A model generated the notes under the pieces. The model saw only the letters and a list, made by a program, of their open reading frames with translations. It ran no database searches and was not told the origin of the DNA. A stretch of DNA of 60,372 bases. Source: an uncultured virus (IMG/VR IMGVR_UViG_3300008113_007374) (Duplodnaviria > Heunggongvirae > Uroviricota > Caudoviricetes). This document shows positions 40,677-50,563 of this stretch, in pieces. The position numbers and the translations under genes are program-made. Positions within the stretch are counted from its first letter, which is position 1, and each line of letters begins with the position of its first letter. The stretch is from IMG/VR virus record IMGVR_UViG_3300008113_007374, one strand, 5' to 3'.

Positions 40677-41068
40677 TCGTAAACGACTTGAATAAAATGT
40701 TATGGTTTTATCAAGATATAATTGGATTGGAAATTCTTTATGATAAAATAGAAGAGGGTCGGTTTTTAAACCATATACTTAATTCTGTTAATAAATCTCC
40801 AAGAATTATTAAATTGGGTTGGGAAAATAAAATTATAGTTGAATTACTTTATTTTGGAAATTGTAAAATAAATAAAAAAAGTCTTTTTGAAAACGGGTAC
40901 ACTCATTTTGCATTAACTATAGATAATGTTAAAACTCTTTACGATAAGTTTATTGATAATAATTTACCTATCATTAATACGCCGACAATTTCTGATGAAA
41001 AAACGGTTAAAGTTTTTTTTGGTTCGGACCCAGAAAATAATATTATAGAATTTGTTGAGTTATTATGA
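40655..41068 (+). CDS. VOC / glyoxalase-family protein
   Basis: RHVGIVVNDL..FY, HFALTIDN, DPENNIIEFVE. Confidence 0.85.
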   Translation: MFRHVGIVVNDLNKMLWFYQDIIGLEILYDKIEEGRFLNHILNSVNKSPRIIKLGWENKIIVELLYFGNCKINKKSLFENGYTHFALTIDNVKTLYDKFIDNNLPIINTPTISDEKTVKVFFGSDPENNIIEFVELL

Positions 41069-41832
41069 TAGTAGGAGTTTTACAAGGTCGTCTTAGTGAA
41101 CCGGTCAATAAAAAAATGCAAGAGTTTCCACTTAACTGGAAATCCGAATTTAATGTTTTAAATCATATTGAGTTAAGTGGTATTGAGTGGTTAATAACCC
41201 CAAACGATAACTTAAATAATCCATTATTTATTGAATCTAATTTACCCACTAACATCTTATCGGTTTGTGTAGACACTATGGTTAATAATTCATTTTACAA
41301 AAATGAATTTATGAATCAAAATTTAGTACCTGTTTTAGATAAAATGGTAGAACTAAAATTGAATAAAATAGTAATACCACTTTTAGAAGATAGTTCAGTA
41401 GAAAATGTATATATCAGATATGAATTTTTAAAAAACATAATCCCAATATCTGAAAAATACCCATCAATTAATTTTTGTTTTGAATTTGAATGCGATAAAG
41501 AGATTGTGATGGATGTCGTAAATAAAAAAGACAATTTTTTTATTACCTATGATACCGGTAATTTCACCTCAACATATAAAGAAAAAATAGACCATGAAGA
41601 ATTAATAAATTACTTCGGGTCAAAAATAAAAAATGTTCATTTTAAAGATAGAACTTTTAATGGTGAAACAAAACATTTTGGGTTAGGTGATACCAATTTT
41701 AAAACTGTAATTGATTCATTAAAAAATATTAATTACACTGATAACATCATATTGCAACTTGCAAGAGATGTAGATGGTGATGAAATAAATTACATAAAAA
41801 ATACATACCAAAAAATCAAAAACAGATGTTGA
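41065..41832 (+). CDS. Xylose-isomerase-like TIM-barrel sugar-phosphate isomerase/epimerase
   Basis: GVLQGRLS, YDTGN, NVHFKDR, GLGDTNF; last residues may be altered by the downstream deletion. Confidence 0.8.
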   Translation: MIVGVLQGRLSEPVNKKMQEFPLNWKSEFNVLNHIELSGIEWLITPNDNLNNPLFIESNLPTNILSVCVDTMVNNSFYKNEFMNQNLVPVLDKMVELKLNKIVIPLLEDSSVENVYIRYEFLKNIIPISEKYPSINFCFEFECDKEIVMDVVNKKDNFFITYDTGNFTSTYKEKIDHEELINYFGSKIKNVHFKDRTFNGETKHFGLGDTNFKTVIDSLKNINYTDNIILQLARDVDGDEINYIKNTYQKIKNRC

Positions 41833-42526
41833 CATGGATATGTTATCTAAAAAACATAAAGAACTTTCCTCAATTTATGGGGAAGAAAATGTGTTTATGG
41901 AATACATGAATGTTACAGACAAAAATAGTGTGGATGAGGTGTCAAATAAATATGAAAGAATTGATATCCTTATTAACAATGCAGCTAAAGACCCAAAAGT
42001 CACAAAAGACGATAAAAGTTTAACACCTGAAACAAGATTTGAGGTGATGACTGAATCGTATTTTAAAGAAGGTATTGATGCAATTATAAACGGAACTTTT
42101 ATTACTTCACAAGTTATTTGTAATAAAATGTTAGAGACAGGTGGTGGTGTTGTATTAAACATTTCGTCTGATTTAGGTGTGATTGCACCTGACCAAAGAA
42201 TCTACAGAGATGAAACAAAATCTGAAAATGAACAGAATGTAAAACCAATTACATATTCGGCAGCTAAATGGGCCGTAATTGGTATGACAAAATACCTTTC
42301 TACATATTTCGCCAAAAATAATATTAGAGTAAATTGTTTAAGTCCGACAGGAGTTTATAACGACCATCCTGTTGATTTTGTAACTAAGTTATCTAATATT
42401 ATACCGATGGGTAGAATGGCTCACATTGATGAATATAAAGGTGCGATTGTGTTTATGTGTTCTGACGCAAGTTCATATATGACAGGTTCGAATGTTGTAA
42501 TAGACGGAGGGAAAACAGTATGGTAG
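41822..42526 (+). pseudogene. SDR oxidoreductase lacking its N-terminal Rossmann (TGxxxGxG) segment
   Basis: LINNAA, NISS, YSAAK, IRVNCLSP, DGG are present; the frame upstream of the ATG at 41834 reads ...TDVD and no glycine-rich motif precedes it. Confidence 0.65.
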
Positions 42527-43095
42527 AAATGGTTATAAAGAATATTCAGGAGTCAATTAAATTGAAGACTGAACTATTGAGTAACAAAGATATTATAAAC
42601 AACTCAAATAGTATTGCAGAAAAAATCATCGAGTGTTATAAAAACGGTAATAAAGTATTCTTTTGTGGTAATGGTGGAAGTTTTGCTGACGCACAACACC
42701 TTTCAGCAGAATTAAGTGGTCGATTCTATTTTGATAGAGACCCGTTAGAAGTTGTTTTATTGGCATCCAATGTTTCTTATTTAACCGCAGTAGGAAATGA
42801 TTACTCATATTCAGATATCTTTTCACGAGAAATTAAATCATCAGTAAAAGAAGGTGATATTCTAATTTGTTTTTCAACCTCAGGTAAATCAAAAAATGTT
42901 ATTAAAGCGATTGGAGTCGCCAAAAACAAGGGAGCAATTATCGTATCCTTTATTGGTAATAATGGCGGGGAAATGAAAGATATATCAGATTATAATTTAA
43001 TTATACCCTCAAATAACACCGCAAGAATACAAGAATGTCACACACTACTTGGGCATACAATTTTAGAAATAGTAGAAAATAAAATGTTTAAATAA
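42520..43095 (+). CDS. gmhA: Phosphoheptose isomerase (SIS domain)
   Basis: CGNGGSFADAQHLSAEL, AVGNDY, STSGKSKNV, TARIQECH. Confidence 0.92.
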   Translation: MVEMVIKNIQESIKLKTELLSNKDIINNSNSIAEKIIECYKNGNKVFFCGNGGSFADAQHLSAELSGRFYFDRDPLEVVLLASNVSYLTAVGNDYSYSDIFSREIKSSVKEGDILICFSTSGKSKNVIKAIGVAKNKGAIIVSFIGNNGGEMKDISDYNLIIPSNNTARIQECHTLLGHTILEIVENKMFK

Positions 43096-43102
43096 TAAAA
43101 AA

Positions 43103-43939
43103 ATGAAAAAAACTTATGTAATTGCAGAAATAGGCATTAACCATAATGGTGACCTTGATTTAGCTAAAGAACTTATCGTAATGGCTAAAACTTACGAATG
43201 TGACGCTGTCAAATTTCAAAAAAGAGATATTGAATCGGTATACACTAAAGAAGAATTAGACGCACACAGGGAATCCCCTTGGGGCACAACTAATCGTGAA
43301 CAAAAGATGGGATTAGAGTTTAGTATTGAACAATATAAAGACTTGGAGAAATTCTCAAACGCATTAGGTTTAGATTTTATCGTTTCTTGTTGGGATTTAA
43401 AAAGTGTTGATTTAATCGAATCAAATTTAAATGTGAAGTACCATAAAGTGGCATCTGCGTTATTAACCGATAAATCATTTTTAGAAAAATTAAATTCAAC
43501 AGGTAAACCAATTATTGTTTCTACTGGTATGTCAACAGAGGAAGAAGTTGATGCATCTATTAATATTTTAAATAATGTGGAATATGTATTAGCATGTACA
43601 AGTACATACCCAACAAAAGACGAAGAAATTAATCTAAATTATATCAAAACTTTAAAAGAAAAATATCCACAATATAAGATTGGTTTTTCTAATCACGCAA
43701 GTGGAATGATACCTTGTTTTGGAGCAGTGGCTTTAGGTTCTGAGTGTGTTGAATTTCACATTACAAAAGATAGAACAATGTACGGTTCTGACCAATCAGC
43801 GTCTATTGAAAATGTTGGGGATTTAGTGTCAGGAATTCGTAAAATGGAAAAAGTTTTAGGGAACGGTATTAAGGTTGTATTTGAAACTGAAAAACCAATC
43901 GCAAAAAAATTAAGAAAAGTTAATGATATTATATCGTAA
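43103..43939 (+). CDS. neuB: N-acetylneuraminate-synthase-family (NeuB) PEP-condensing enzyme without the C-terminal SAF domain
   Basis: IAEIGINHNGD, AVKFQKR, KVAS, STGMS, CTSTYP, GFSNH, EFHIT; only 278 aa. Confidence 0.9.
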   Translation: MKKTYVIAEIGINHNGDLDLAKELIVMAKTYECDAVKFQKRDIESVYTKEELDAHRESPWGTTNREQKMGLEFSIEQYKDLEKFSNALGLDFIVSCWDLKSVDLIESNLNVKYHKVASALLTDKSFLEKLNSTGKPIIVSTGMSTEEEVDASINILNNVEYVLACTSTYPTKDEEINLNYIKTLKEKYPQYKIGFSNHASGMIPCFGAVALGSECVEFHITKDRTMYGSDQSASIENVGDLVSGIRKMEKVLGNGIKVVFETEKPIAKKLRKVNDIIS

Positions 43940-43940
43940 T

Positions 43941-44900
43941 ATGAAAAAACTTCTAGCAATAACCCATCCAGACGAATGGAATCAATTATTGCCATTTAAT
44001 TCTTTTATAAGAAATTTAAAAGAGTTAAATGGTTATGAATATGTTATAGCTGTAGTCCCATATAAAGGTAATATTGTAATATCTGAGGCAGATGAAATAA
44101 TCACCATTAAAGATGGTGATTTATTTTCATATCCCGCAATTTTAGAAAAATTAGACACAAGAAGAAATGACGATTTTTTAAATCGATGTGTAAAGTTTTG
44201 TTTTGAGAAATATGGTTCAGAAAATATAGATATTAAAAGTTGGCAAAATACTGATTATGACGATGGTGTTGTAGATGAAATTAACAAACCACCATTAGAA
44301 TATTATCGTAAATCTTTTGAATATGCTAAAAAATTTTTTGATGATGGACTAACAATAACCCCAACAAAAAAAATATTTGAGTACGTAAAACAAAAATACG
44401 GTAACCTATTCAATGACAAAACCTTAATTGTTTTAACTCGTAATTTCACCAATAAAGCGAATATTCATAACACGGCAAATACTTTACCATATTTAGAAAA
44501 AACTTTAAATCATTTAATAGATAATGGTATAAAAATAGTGAATATTGGGTTCCCCCCAAAATCATTCAACATTAAAAATTCAAATTATGTTGAGATAAAT
44601 GATAATCTAACTCAAAATGAGTTGATTTCTTTATTCTACTTATCATCGGGAGTTATGATGGCCGCAGATGCGGGTGGATTTGTAACACACTATGGTAGTA
44701 ATGTTGATTTTTACATTATGAGTGAAGAATGGTCAGTTACAAATAAACAAGTTTCTATAAGTTTAATTGATTCTAAAAAAACAAATAAAACAATCTCTTT
44801 GGTTGGGTTAAGTGATGAGGATATATACCAAAACATCATTAATAATATAAGACCGCAAGAGACGGTATTCTCAAAGGAAAAAATAATAAATATAATATAA
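43941..44900 (+). CDS. Hypothetical protein, possibly a GT-B glycosyltransferase
   Basis: ATG at 43941 follows the neuB stop; C-terminal ELISLFYLSSGVMMAADAGG weakly resembles GT9-type motifs. Confidence 0.45.
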   Translation: MKKLLAITHPDEWNQLLPFNSFIRNLKELNGYEYVIAVVPYKGNIVISEADEIITIKDGDLFSYPAILEKLDTRRNDDFLNRCVKFCFEKYGSENIDIKSWQNTDYDDGVVDEINKPPLEYYRKSFEYAKKFFDDGLTITPTKKIFEYVKQKYGNLFNDKTLIVLTRNFTNKANIHNTANTLPYLEKTLNHLIDNGIKIVNIGFPPKSFNIKNSNYVEINDNLTQNELISLFYLSSGVMMAADAGGFVTHYGSNVDFYIMSEEWSVTNKQVSISLIDSKKTNKTISLVGLSDEDIYQNIINNIRPQETVFSKEKIINII

Positions 44901-45199
44901 TGATATATTGTTTTGATTTAGACGGTACTCTGTGTACCAACACTAATGGTGATTATAAAAATGCCGAACCATTTTTAAATAGAATAAAAAAAGTAAATGA
45001 GTTACATGAAAGTGGTAATAAAATTATAATTGATACTGCAAGAGGAGCAACAACAGGCATCGATTGGTACGATTTAACAGAAAATCAATTACTTAGTTGG
45101 GGTGTAAATTTTGATAAATTAATTGTTGGTAAAAAGGTTCACGCGGATGTTTTTATTGATGATAAAGGAATAAATGATAATTTTTTTTTTAACGAATGA
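44900..45199 (+). CDS. Small HAD-family phosphatase (capsule-biosynthesis type)
   Basis: CFDLDGTL, TARG, GKKVHADVFIDDK. Confidence 0.8.
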   Translation: MIYCFDLDGTLCTNTNGDYKNAEPFLNRIKKVNELHESGNKIIIDTARGATTGIDWYDLTENQLLSWGVNFDKLIVGKKVHADVFIDDKGINDNFFFNE

Positions 45200-45969
45200 A
45201 TAATGAACCCTCATATGATTTAGTAATCGTTGCACATGAAAAAGATTTTCCACACATAAAATTTATAGTGGAACAATCTGAGTATAATTTAAATTTTGAT
45301 TCTATACACTTAATATTGAGTGAAAGAGAACCTTTTAATGACCTTGGTATTTTAAAAGGTATCACTAAAAAACCAATATACTTACACAATGAAAGTGATG
45401 TTTTAAAAATTGATAGGTCCCGTTTAAATTACAGACCTAATTGGACATATCAGATATTTTTAAAAATGTTTCAAAATGTTACTGAAAATGATAACTTCTT
45501 AGTTATTGAAGCCGATTCGGTAATATTAAAACCTTTAAACTTTTTTGAAGATGATAAAACTATTTTTTACTTAGGTAGAGATTATATACATGAACCATAT
45601 TTTACATTTAACAGAAATGTTTTGGGATTATATACTCGTTTTAAACATTCATTTATTTGTGAATTTATGATGTACAATAAAAAAATAATAAAAGATATGT
45701 TATTGAAATGTAATTGTAACACGCCTGAAGATTTTTTAGAACTTGTTTACAAAAACATTTCTGAACATTGCGTTCCCGCAGATTACGAAATGTATGGAAA
45801 TTTTGTCTATACCTATCATAATGATAAATTTTTAACAAAAAATGTTACATATGAATTACACGGAAGAGATGGTAGGTCAGAAAAATTTTCAGATGACGAT
45901 ATAAAAACATTAATTGAAAGAAATAAAGATTTAGAATCATTGAGTTTTCATGTTTGGCATTTAAATTAA
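45196..45969 (+). CDS. GT-A-like / DUF6492-like glycosyltransferase candidate
   Basis: WTYQIFLKM, LVIEADSV, SFICEFMMY, DYEMYGNF; glycan-locus context. Confidence 0.5.
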   Translation: MNNEPSYDLVIVAHEKDFPHIKFIVEQSEYNLNFDSIHLILSEREPFNDLGILKGITKKPIYLHNESDVLKIDRSRLNYRPNWTYQIFLKMFQNVTENDNFLVIEADSVILKPLNFFEDDKTIFYLGRDYIHEPYFTFNRNVLGLYTRFKHSFICEFMMYNKKIIKDMLLKCNCNTPEDFLELVYKNISEHCVPADYEMYGNFVYTYHNDKFLTKNVTYELHGRDGRSEKFSDDDIKTLIERNKDLESLSFHVWHLN

Positions 45970-45993
45970 GTTTATAATAAAAAATAAAATATT

Positions 45994-46923
45994 ATGGAAA
46001 TACAGAATCAATATAGTAAAATTCTAATCACCGGTGGTTCGGGTTTAGTTGGTAAATATCTTAAAAAGATATTACCTGACGCGATTTATATATCATCTAA
46101 AGACTATGATTTAACAAGTGAAGAAGGTGTCAAAAAAATGTTTTTAAAACATAAACCTAACGTAGTGGTCCATTTAGCTGCGAGGGTTGGTGGTATTATT
46201 GATAATTTAAATCACCCTGCTGAATATTTCACACAGAATGTATTAATGAATACTTTAATGGTTGAATATTCAAGAATCTTTAAAGTTAAAAAATTTATAG
46301 GTATTTTAAGTACTTGTATTTATCCTGATGTTGCAAAAAAATATCCTATGGATGAGTCAATGTTACATGAAGGACCACCAACAATAACAAATTTTTCATA
46401 CGGCTATTCAAAACGTTCAATGGGGGCTCAGATTGATGCATATAACCAACAATATAAATTAGATTATCAATATTTAATACCTTGTAATCTTTACGGTATT
46501 GAAGATAAAGATGATGAAAACAAAAGTCATTTTCTCGCGTCATTAATTAAAAAAATACATGAATCTAAAAAAAATGGTTTAAATAACATTACATTGTTTG
46601 GTGATGGAACGCCACTTAGACAATTTATGTATGCTGGAGATTTTGCGGAAATAATAAAACAAACTATTGAAAATAATATTAATGATAGTTTTAATGTTGC
46701 AACCGAAGAAAATCTTTCAATTAAACAAATGGCTGAAATTGCACTAAACGTTACAGGTAATAAAGACATAAACATTTTATGGGATACTGAAAAACCAAAT
46801 GGTCAATTCAGAAAAGATGTTTCAATAGATAAGTTCAAAAACTTATTTCCAAATTTTAAATTCACACCACTTAGTGATGGTATAAAAATAGTTTACGAAA
46901 CGTATTATGATAAAATTAGTTAA
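45994..46923 (+). CDS. fcl: GDP-L-fucose synthase / ColC-like epimerase-reductase
   Basis: TGGSGLVG, HLAARVGGI, LSTCIYP, YGYSKR, PCNLYG, GDGTPLRQF. Confidence 0.92.
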   Translation: MEIQNQYSKILITGGSGLVGKYLKKILPDAIYISSKDYDLTSEEGVKKMFLKHKPNVVVHLAARVGGIIDNLNHPAEYFTQNVLMNTLMVEYSRIFKVKKFIGILSTCIYPDVAKKYPMDESMLHEGPPTITNFSYGYSKRSMGAQIDAYNQQYKLDYQYLIPCNLYGIEDKDDENKSHFLASLIKKIHESKKNGLNNITLFGDGTPLRQFMYAGDFAEIIKQTIENNINDSFNVATEENLSIKQMAEIALNVTGNKDINILWDTEKPNGQFRKDVSIDKFKNLFPNFKFTPLSDGIKIVYETYYDKIS

Positions 46924-47929
46924 AGACACAATAGATAAAAACGACATTAATAGATTAATTGAATGGTTAGGATTGGCAGCATTAAAACATACCGATAAAT
47001 TAAGAAATGATAAAATTGTAGTTCCAGGTTTAAGTTGGGCAACTGATGTTAGTTCACCAATGTTATTAGGTATGGAACCAATACTTTGTGATTGTAACTT
47101 AGAAGATTTGTCATGTGATTTAAATCATTTAGAAAAGATATTCCAAGATTCTGACCCGTCTTGTATGATTTTAGTTTCGCCTTTAGGATTAGTTCCCAAC
47201 ATGAAAAAAGTAATTGAATTATGTGAAAAATATAATGTAATATTATTAGAGGATGTTTGTGAAAGTATGGGGTCAAAATACCAAGGAGAATATCTTGGTT
47301 CTTTTGGTTTTGCATCATTTTTCTCTATGTATTTTGGGCATCATTTAAGTACAATTGAAGGTGGGTTTATTAATACAAATGATAAAGAATTATACTATTC
47401 ACTTTTAATGATGAGAAGTCATGGGTGGGATAGAGATTTACCACTACACATTCAAAATAAACTTAGAAATGAAAATGAAGTAAGTGAATTTGATTCATTG
47501 TATACGTTTTATCTACCGGGGTTTAATTTAAGAGCTACTGATTTACAAGCTTTCATTGGATTAATGTCAATTGACAAACTTGATGGGTATAGTGAAAAAA
47601 GAAATGAAAACTTTAAAAAATATAAAGGTTTAATTGTCAATAACAAAATTAATATGGAAGAAAAGGAAGGTGATTTTGTATCAAACTTTGCTTACCCAAT
47701 TGTCAATGAAAATAGAGATAATATCGTAAATAAATTAATTTCAAAAAATATTGAAGTGAGACCTTTAATAGCGGGAGATATGTCTAAAAAACCTATGTGG
47801 GTTAAAAAATATGGAAAGGTTTCATTAAAAAACTGTGAATTAATTAATAAACACGGATTTTATATCCCCAATCACCAAGGGTTGACTTTCGATGAAATCC
47901 AAACTATCGTATCTATAATTAACGAATGA
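46907..47929 (+). CDS. DegT-family ColD-like GDP-4-keto-6-deoxymannose 3-dehydratase with an apparent in-frame internal deletion
   Basis: LEDVCESMG, SMYFGHHLSTIEGG (His at the usual Lys position), RSHGW, GFNLR; the NSGSSA segment expected after LIEWL is absent. Confidence 0.75.
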   Translation: MIKLVKDTIDKNDINRLIEWLGLAALKHTDKLRNDKIVVPGLSWATDVSSPMLLGMEPILCDCNLEDLSCDLNHLEKIFQDSDPSCMILVSPLGLVPNMKKVIELCEKYNVILLEDVCESMGSKYQGEYLGSFGFASFFSMYFGHHLSTIEGGFINTNDKELYYSLLMMRSHGWDRDLPLHIQNKLRNENEVSEFDSLYTFYLPGFNLRATDLQAFIGLMSIDKLDGYSEKRNENFKKYKGLIVNNKINMEEKEGDFVSNFAYPIVNENRDNIVNKLISKNIEVRPLIAGDMSKKPMWVKKYGKVSLKNCELINKHGFYIPNHQGLTFDEIQTIVSIINE

Positions 47930-48903
47930 AAAAAGTAGCACTTATAACAGGGATTAATGGACAAGATGGTTCATATCTCGCAGAATTCCTTTTAGAAAAA
48001 GGTTATGAAGTTCATGGGACTTTAAAAAGAAATTCAGTGTCCGAAAATCAAACAAGTAGATTAGATAATGTATTTGATAAATTACAATTACATTACGCAG
48101 ATTTAACGGATTTATCTTCACTCACAAGAGTAATACAAGAAGTTAAACCTGTAGAAATTTATAATTTAGCGGCACAATCTCATGTAAGAATTTCTTTTGA
48201 CCAACCAATATATACCGCAAATGTAACAGGTCTTGGAACTCTTAATTTATTAGAGGCGGTAAAATTATTAAACAAAAATATTAAAATATATCAAGCCTCC
48301 TCATCTGAAATGTTTGGAAACACTATTGATGATGATGGATATCAAAGGGAGACGACTCAATTAAATCCAGTTTCGCCTTATGGTTGTGCTAAAGTATTCT
48401 CATATAACATTTGTAAAAACTATCGTAACTCATATGGAATGAAAATATGGAATGGTATTTTGTTTAACCACGAATCACCAAGAAGGGGAACAAACTTTGT
48501 AACTAATAAAGTCGTTAAAGCTGCAGTTAGAATAAGTTTAGGTTTACAAGATAAACTACATATTGGTAATTTAAATGCCACAAGAGATTGGGGTCATGCT
48601 AAAGATTATGTTGAAGCTATGTGGCTAATGTTACAATCAGATAAACCTGAAGATTATGTTTGTTCAACGGGAGTGTCACATTCTGTACAAGATTTATGTA
48701 GTTATGTATTTAGTTCTTTAGGTTTAGATTATAGTGACCACATAGTAATCGATGAAAAACATTTTAGACCTGAAGAGTTATATAATTTGAAAGGAGATTC
48801 GTCAAAATTAAGAAATGATTTAAATTGGAGACCAAGATATACCTTTGAATCAATGTTAGATGAAATGATAGAATACTGGGTAAACTACTATAAAAATAAA
48901 TAA
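47926..48903 (+). CDS. gmd: GDP-mannose 4,6-dehydratase
   Basis: ITGINGQDGSYLAE, NLAAQSHV, QASSSEMFG, SPYGCAK, LFNHESPRRG, RDWGHAKDY. Confidence 0.96.
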   Translation: MKKVALITGINGQDGSYLAEFLLEKGYEVHGTLKRNSVSENQTSRLDNVFDKLQLHYADLTDLSSLTRVIQEVKPVEIYNLAAQSHVRISFDQPIYTANVTGLGTLNLLEAVKLLNKNIKIYQASSSEMFGNTIDDDGYQRETTQLNPVSPYGCAKVFSYNICKNYRNSYGMKIWNGILFNHESPRRGTNFVTNKVVKAAVRISLGLQDKLHIGNLNATRDWGHAKDYVEAMWLMLQSDKPEDYVCSTGVSHSVQDLCSYVFSSLGLDYSDHIVIDEKHFRPEELYNLKGDSSKLRNDLNWRPRYTFESMLDEMIEYWVNYYKNK

Positions 48904-48910
48904 TAATTAA

Positions 48911-49648
48911 ATGACAAGAAAAAAAATAACTCAACCGGAGGAACCTGTAATTCCTAAAACAATTACTAAAAAGGATTACATAAACTCAGTTATTAAAAGA
49001 AAACAAAAAAATAAATTCTTATCGGACAACCAAAAAGAGTATTATGACATATTAATTTCTAATCAAATAACCATATGTTCAGGTCCTGCTGGTGTTGGTA
49101 AAAGTTTTATTTCTATGAGAGCTGCGGTCGACCTTTTAATGGACCCAAACAATTCTTATGAGAAACTTATTATTGTTAGGCCAGCGGTTGAAGCAGAAGA
49201 AAAACTTGGCTCATTACCTGGCAATTTAGAGGAAAAATTAGACCCATACATTTTCCCGTCATACTATCTATTAAATAAAATTATTGGAAAAGAAGCTAGA
49301 GAAAAACTTAAAGAGGCAGAAATTATTGAAGTTTTTGCATTAGCCTACATGAGAGGAATGAATATTGACAACTCAATTTTAATTTTTGAAGAAGGTCAAA
49401 ATGCGACACCAAATCAAATGAAATTACTATTGACAAGAATTGGTTTTAATAGTAAGTTCTTTATATCGGGAGACTTAGAACAAACTGATAGATATAAAGA
49501 CAAAAAACAATCGGGGTTATACGACGCATTACAAAGATTTAAAGGTATACCTGATGTTGGTATCTATGATTTTAGAAATGCAAAAAATGTAAGAAACCCA
49601 CTTATAAGTAAAATATTAGAAAAATACGATGAAGAGAATAGGGATTGA
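48911..49648 (+). CDS. phoH: PhoH-family ATPase
   Basis: GPAGVGKS, RPAVEAEEKLGSLPG, YMRG, EEGQN, LTRIG, GDLEQTD. Confidence 0.93.
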   Translation: MTRKKITQPEEPVIPKTITKKDYINSVIKRKQKNKFLSDNQKEYYDILISNQITICSGPAGVGKSFISMRAAVDLLMDPNNSYEKLIIVRPAVEAEEKLGSLPGNLEEKLDPYIFPSYYLLNKIIGKEAREKLKEAEIIEVFALAYMRGMNIDNSILIFEEGQNATPNQMKLLLTRIGFNSKFFISGDLEQTDRYKDKKQSGLYDALQRFKGIPDVGIYDFRNAKNVRNPLISKILEKYDEENRD

Positions 49649-50282
49649 AGTTAATGGTGTATTAAGAGATACTTTTGGTAAGTTTGAACAATTATATGAA
49701 AAACATATGATTGAAAATTATGAATCCGAAAACTCTAATCAGACATTTAATATTGATATTTCAGGTAATACTTCTTTAGATGATAAGGCTGAGGATTTCA
49801 AATATGAAATAATTGAGCCAATAAACACTTTTGATTTAAAAAACCATTTCAAATTTAAATCTGAAGATGAGTTTTATGATTTTATGTTTGAGGATTTCCC
49901 AATGCAATTATTTGGTCACGCGGGTTCTACCGAAACTTATACTTTTAACGATTTAAATGATTTCTATATTAACAATAGAGAAAAATATGAAATTTATATA
50001 ATATCCGATGAAATTGGTAGGTCTAAACCGGCAACCTTGTTTTTTCTTTCAAAATTCGGTTGTTTAATTGAAAATATAAAATTTTATTCAAATACAACAA
50101 TAAATGATATGTGGAATACTGTTGATGTTTTATTAACCGCGAACCCAAACCTAATAAATGAACATCCGTCTAAAAAAATTGTAGTTCAGTATGTTACACC
50201 ATACAATGACAATGTTAATCATAATTACAAAATTACAAAACTGGGTGACTTTGATAAATTAATAAATGAAATTGAATTATGA
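49629..50282 (+). CDS. Degenerate 5'(3')-deoxyribonucleotidase-like HAD protein
   Basis: IGIEVNGVLRD resembles DxDGVL with catalytic Asp residues replaced; C-terminal PYN motif. Confidence 0.5.
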   Translation: MKRIGIEVNGVLRDTFGKFEQLYEKHMIENYESENSNQTFNIDISGNTSLDDKAEDFKYEIIEPINTFDLKNHFKFKSEDEFYDFMFEDFPMQLFGHAGSTETYTFNDLNDFYINNREKYEIYIISDEIGRSKPATLFFLSKFGCLIENIKFYSNTTINDMWNTVDVLLTANPNLINEHPSKKIVVQYVTPYNDNVNHNYKITKLGDFDKLINEIEL

Positions 50283-50560
50283 TTAGTTTTTTAAATGAAA
50301 ATTACTACATAGATGTAGATGAACTAGAAAACCAAGTTAGTTTAGCGAAATCTAAAATTATTGTTCCGTCGGGTGAAACTGAAACTGAACAAATAAGCGT
50401 TACAAGATATGAAACATTTAAACTTTTACTAGATGTTGTATTAACAGAAAGAGAAAGTATTGACGAGTCTTTAGGATTGCATAGCGCAAAAGATTTGACA
50501 ATACCATTCAAAATTTCTTTTAATACTTTATTATTAAATAAAATAATCAAAAAATTTTAA
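50279..50560 (+). CDS. Hypothetical phage protein (93 aa)
   Basis: ATGA-coupled ORF. Confidence 0.6.
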   Translation: MISFLNENYYIDVDELENQVSLAKSKIIVPSGETETEQISVTRYETFKLLLDVVLTERESIDESLGLHSAKDLTIPFKISFNTLLLNKIIKKF

Positions 50561-50563
50561 AAA

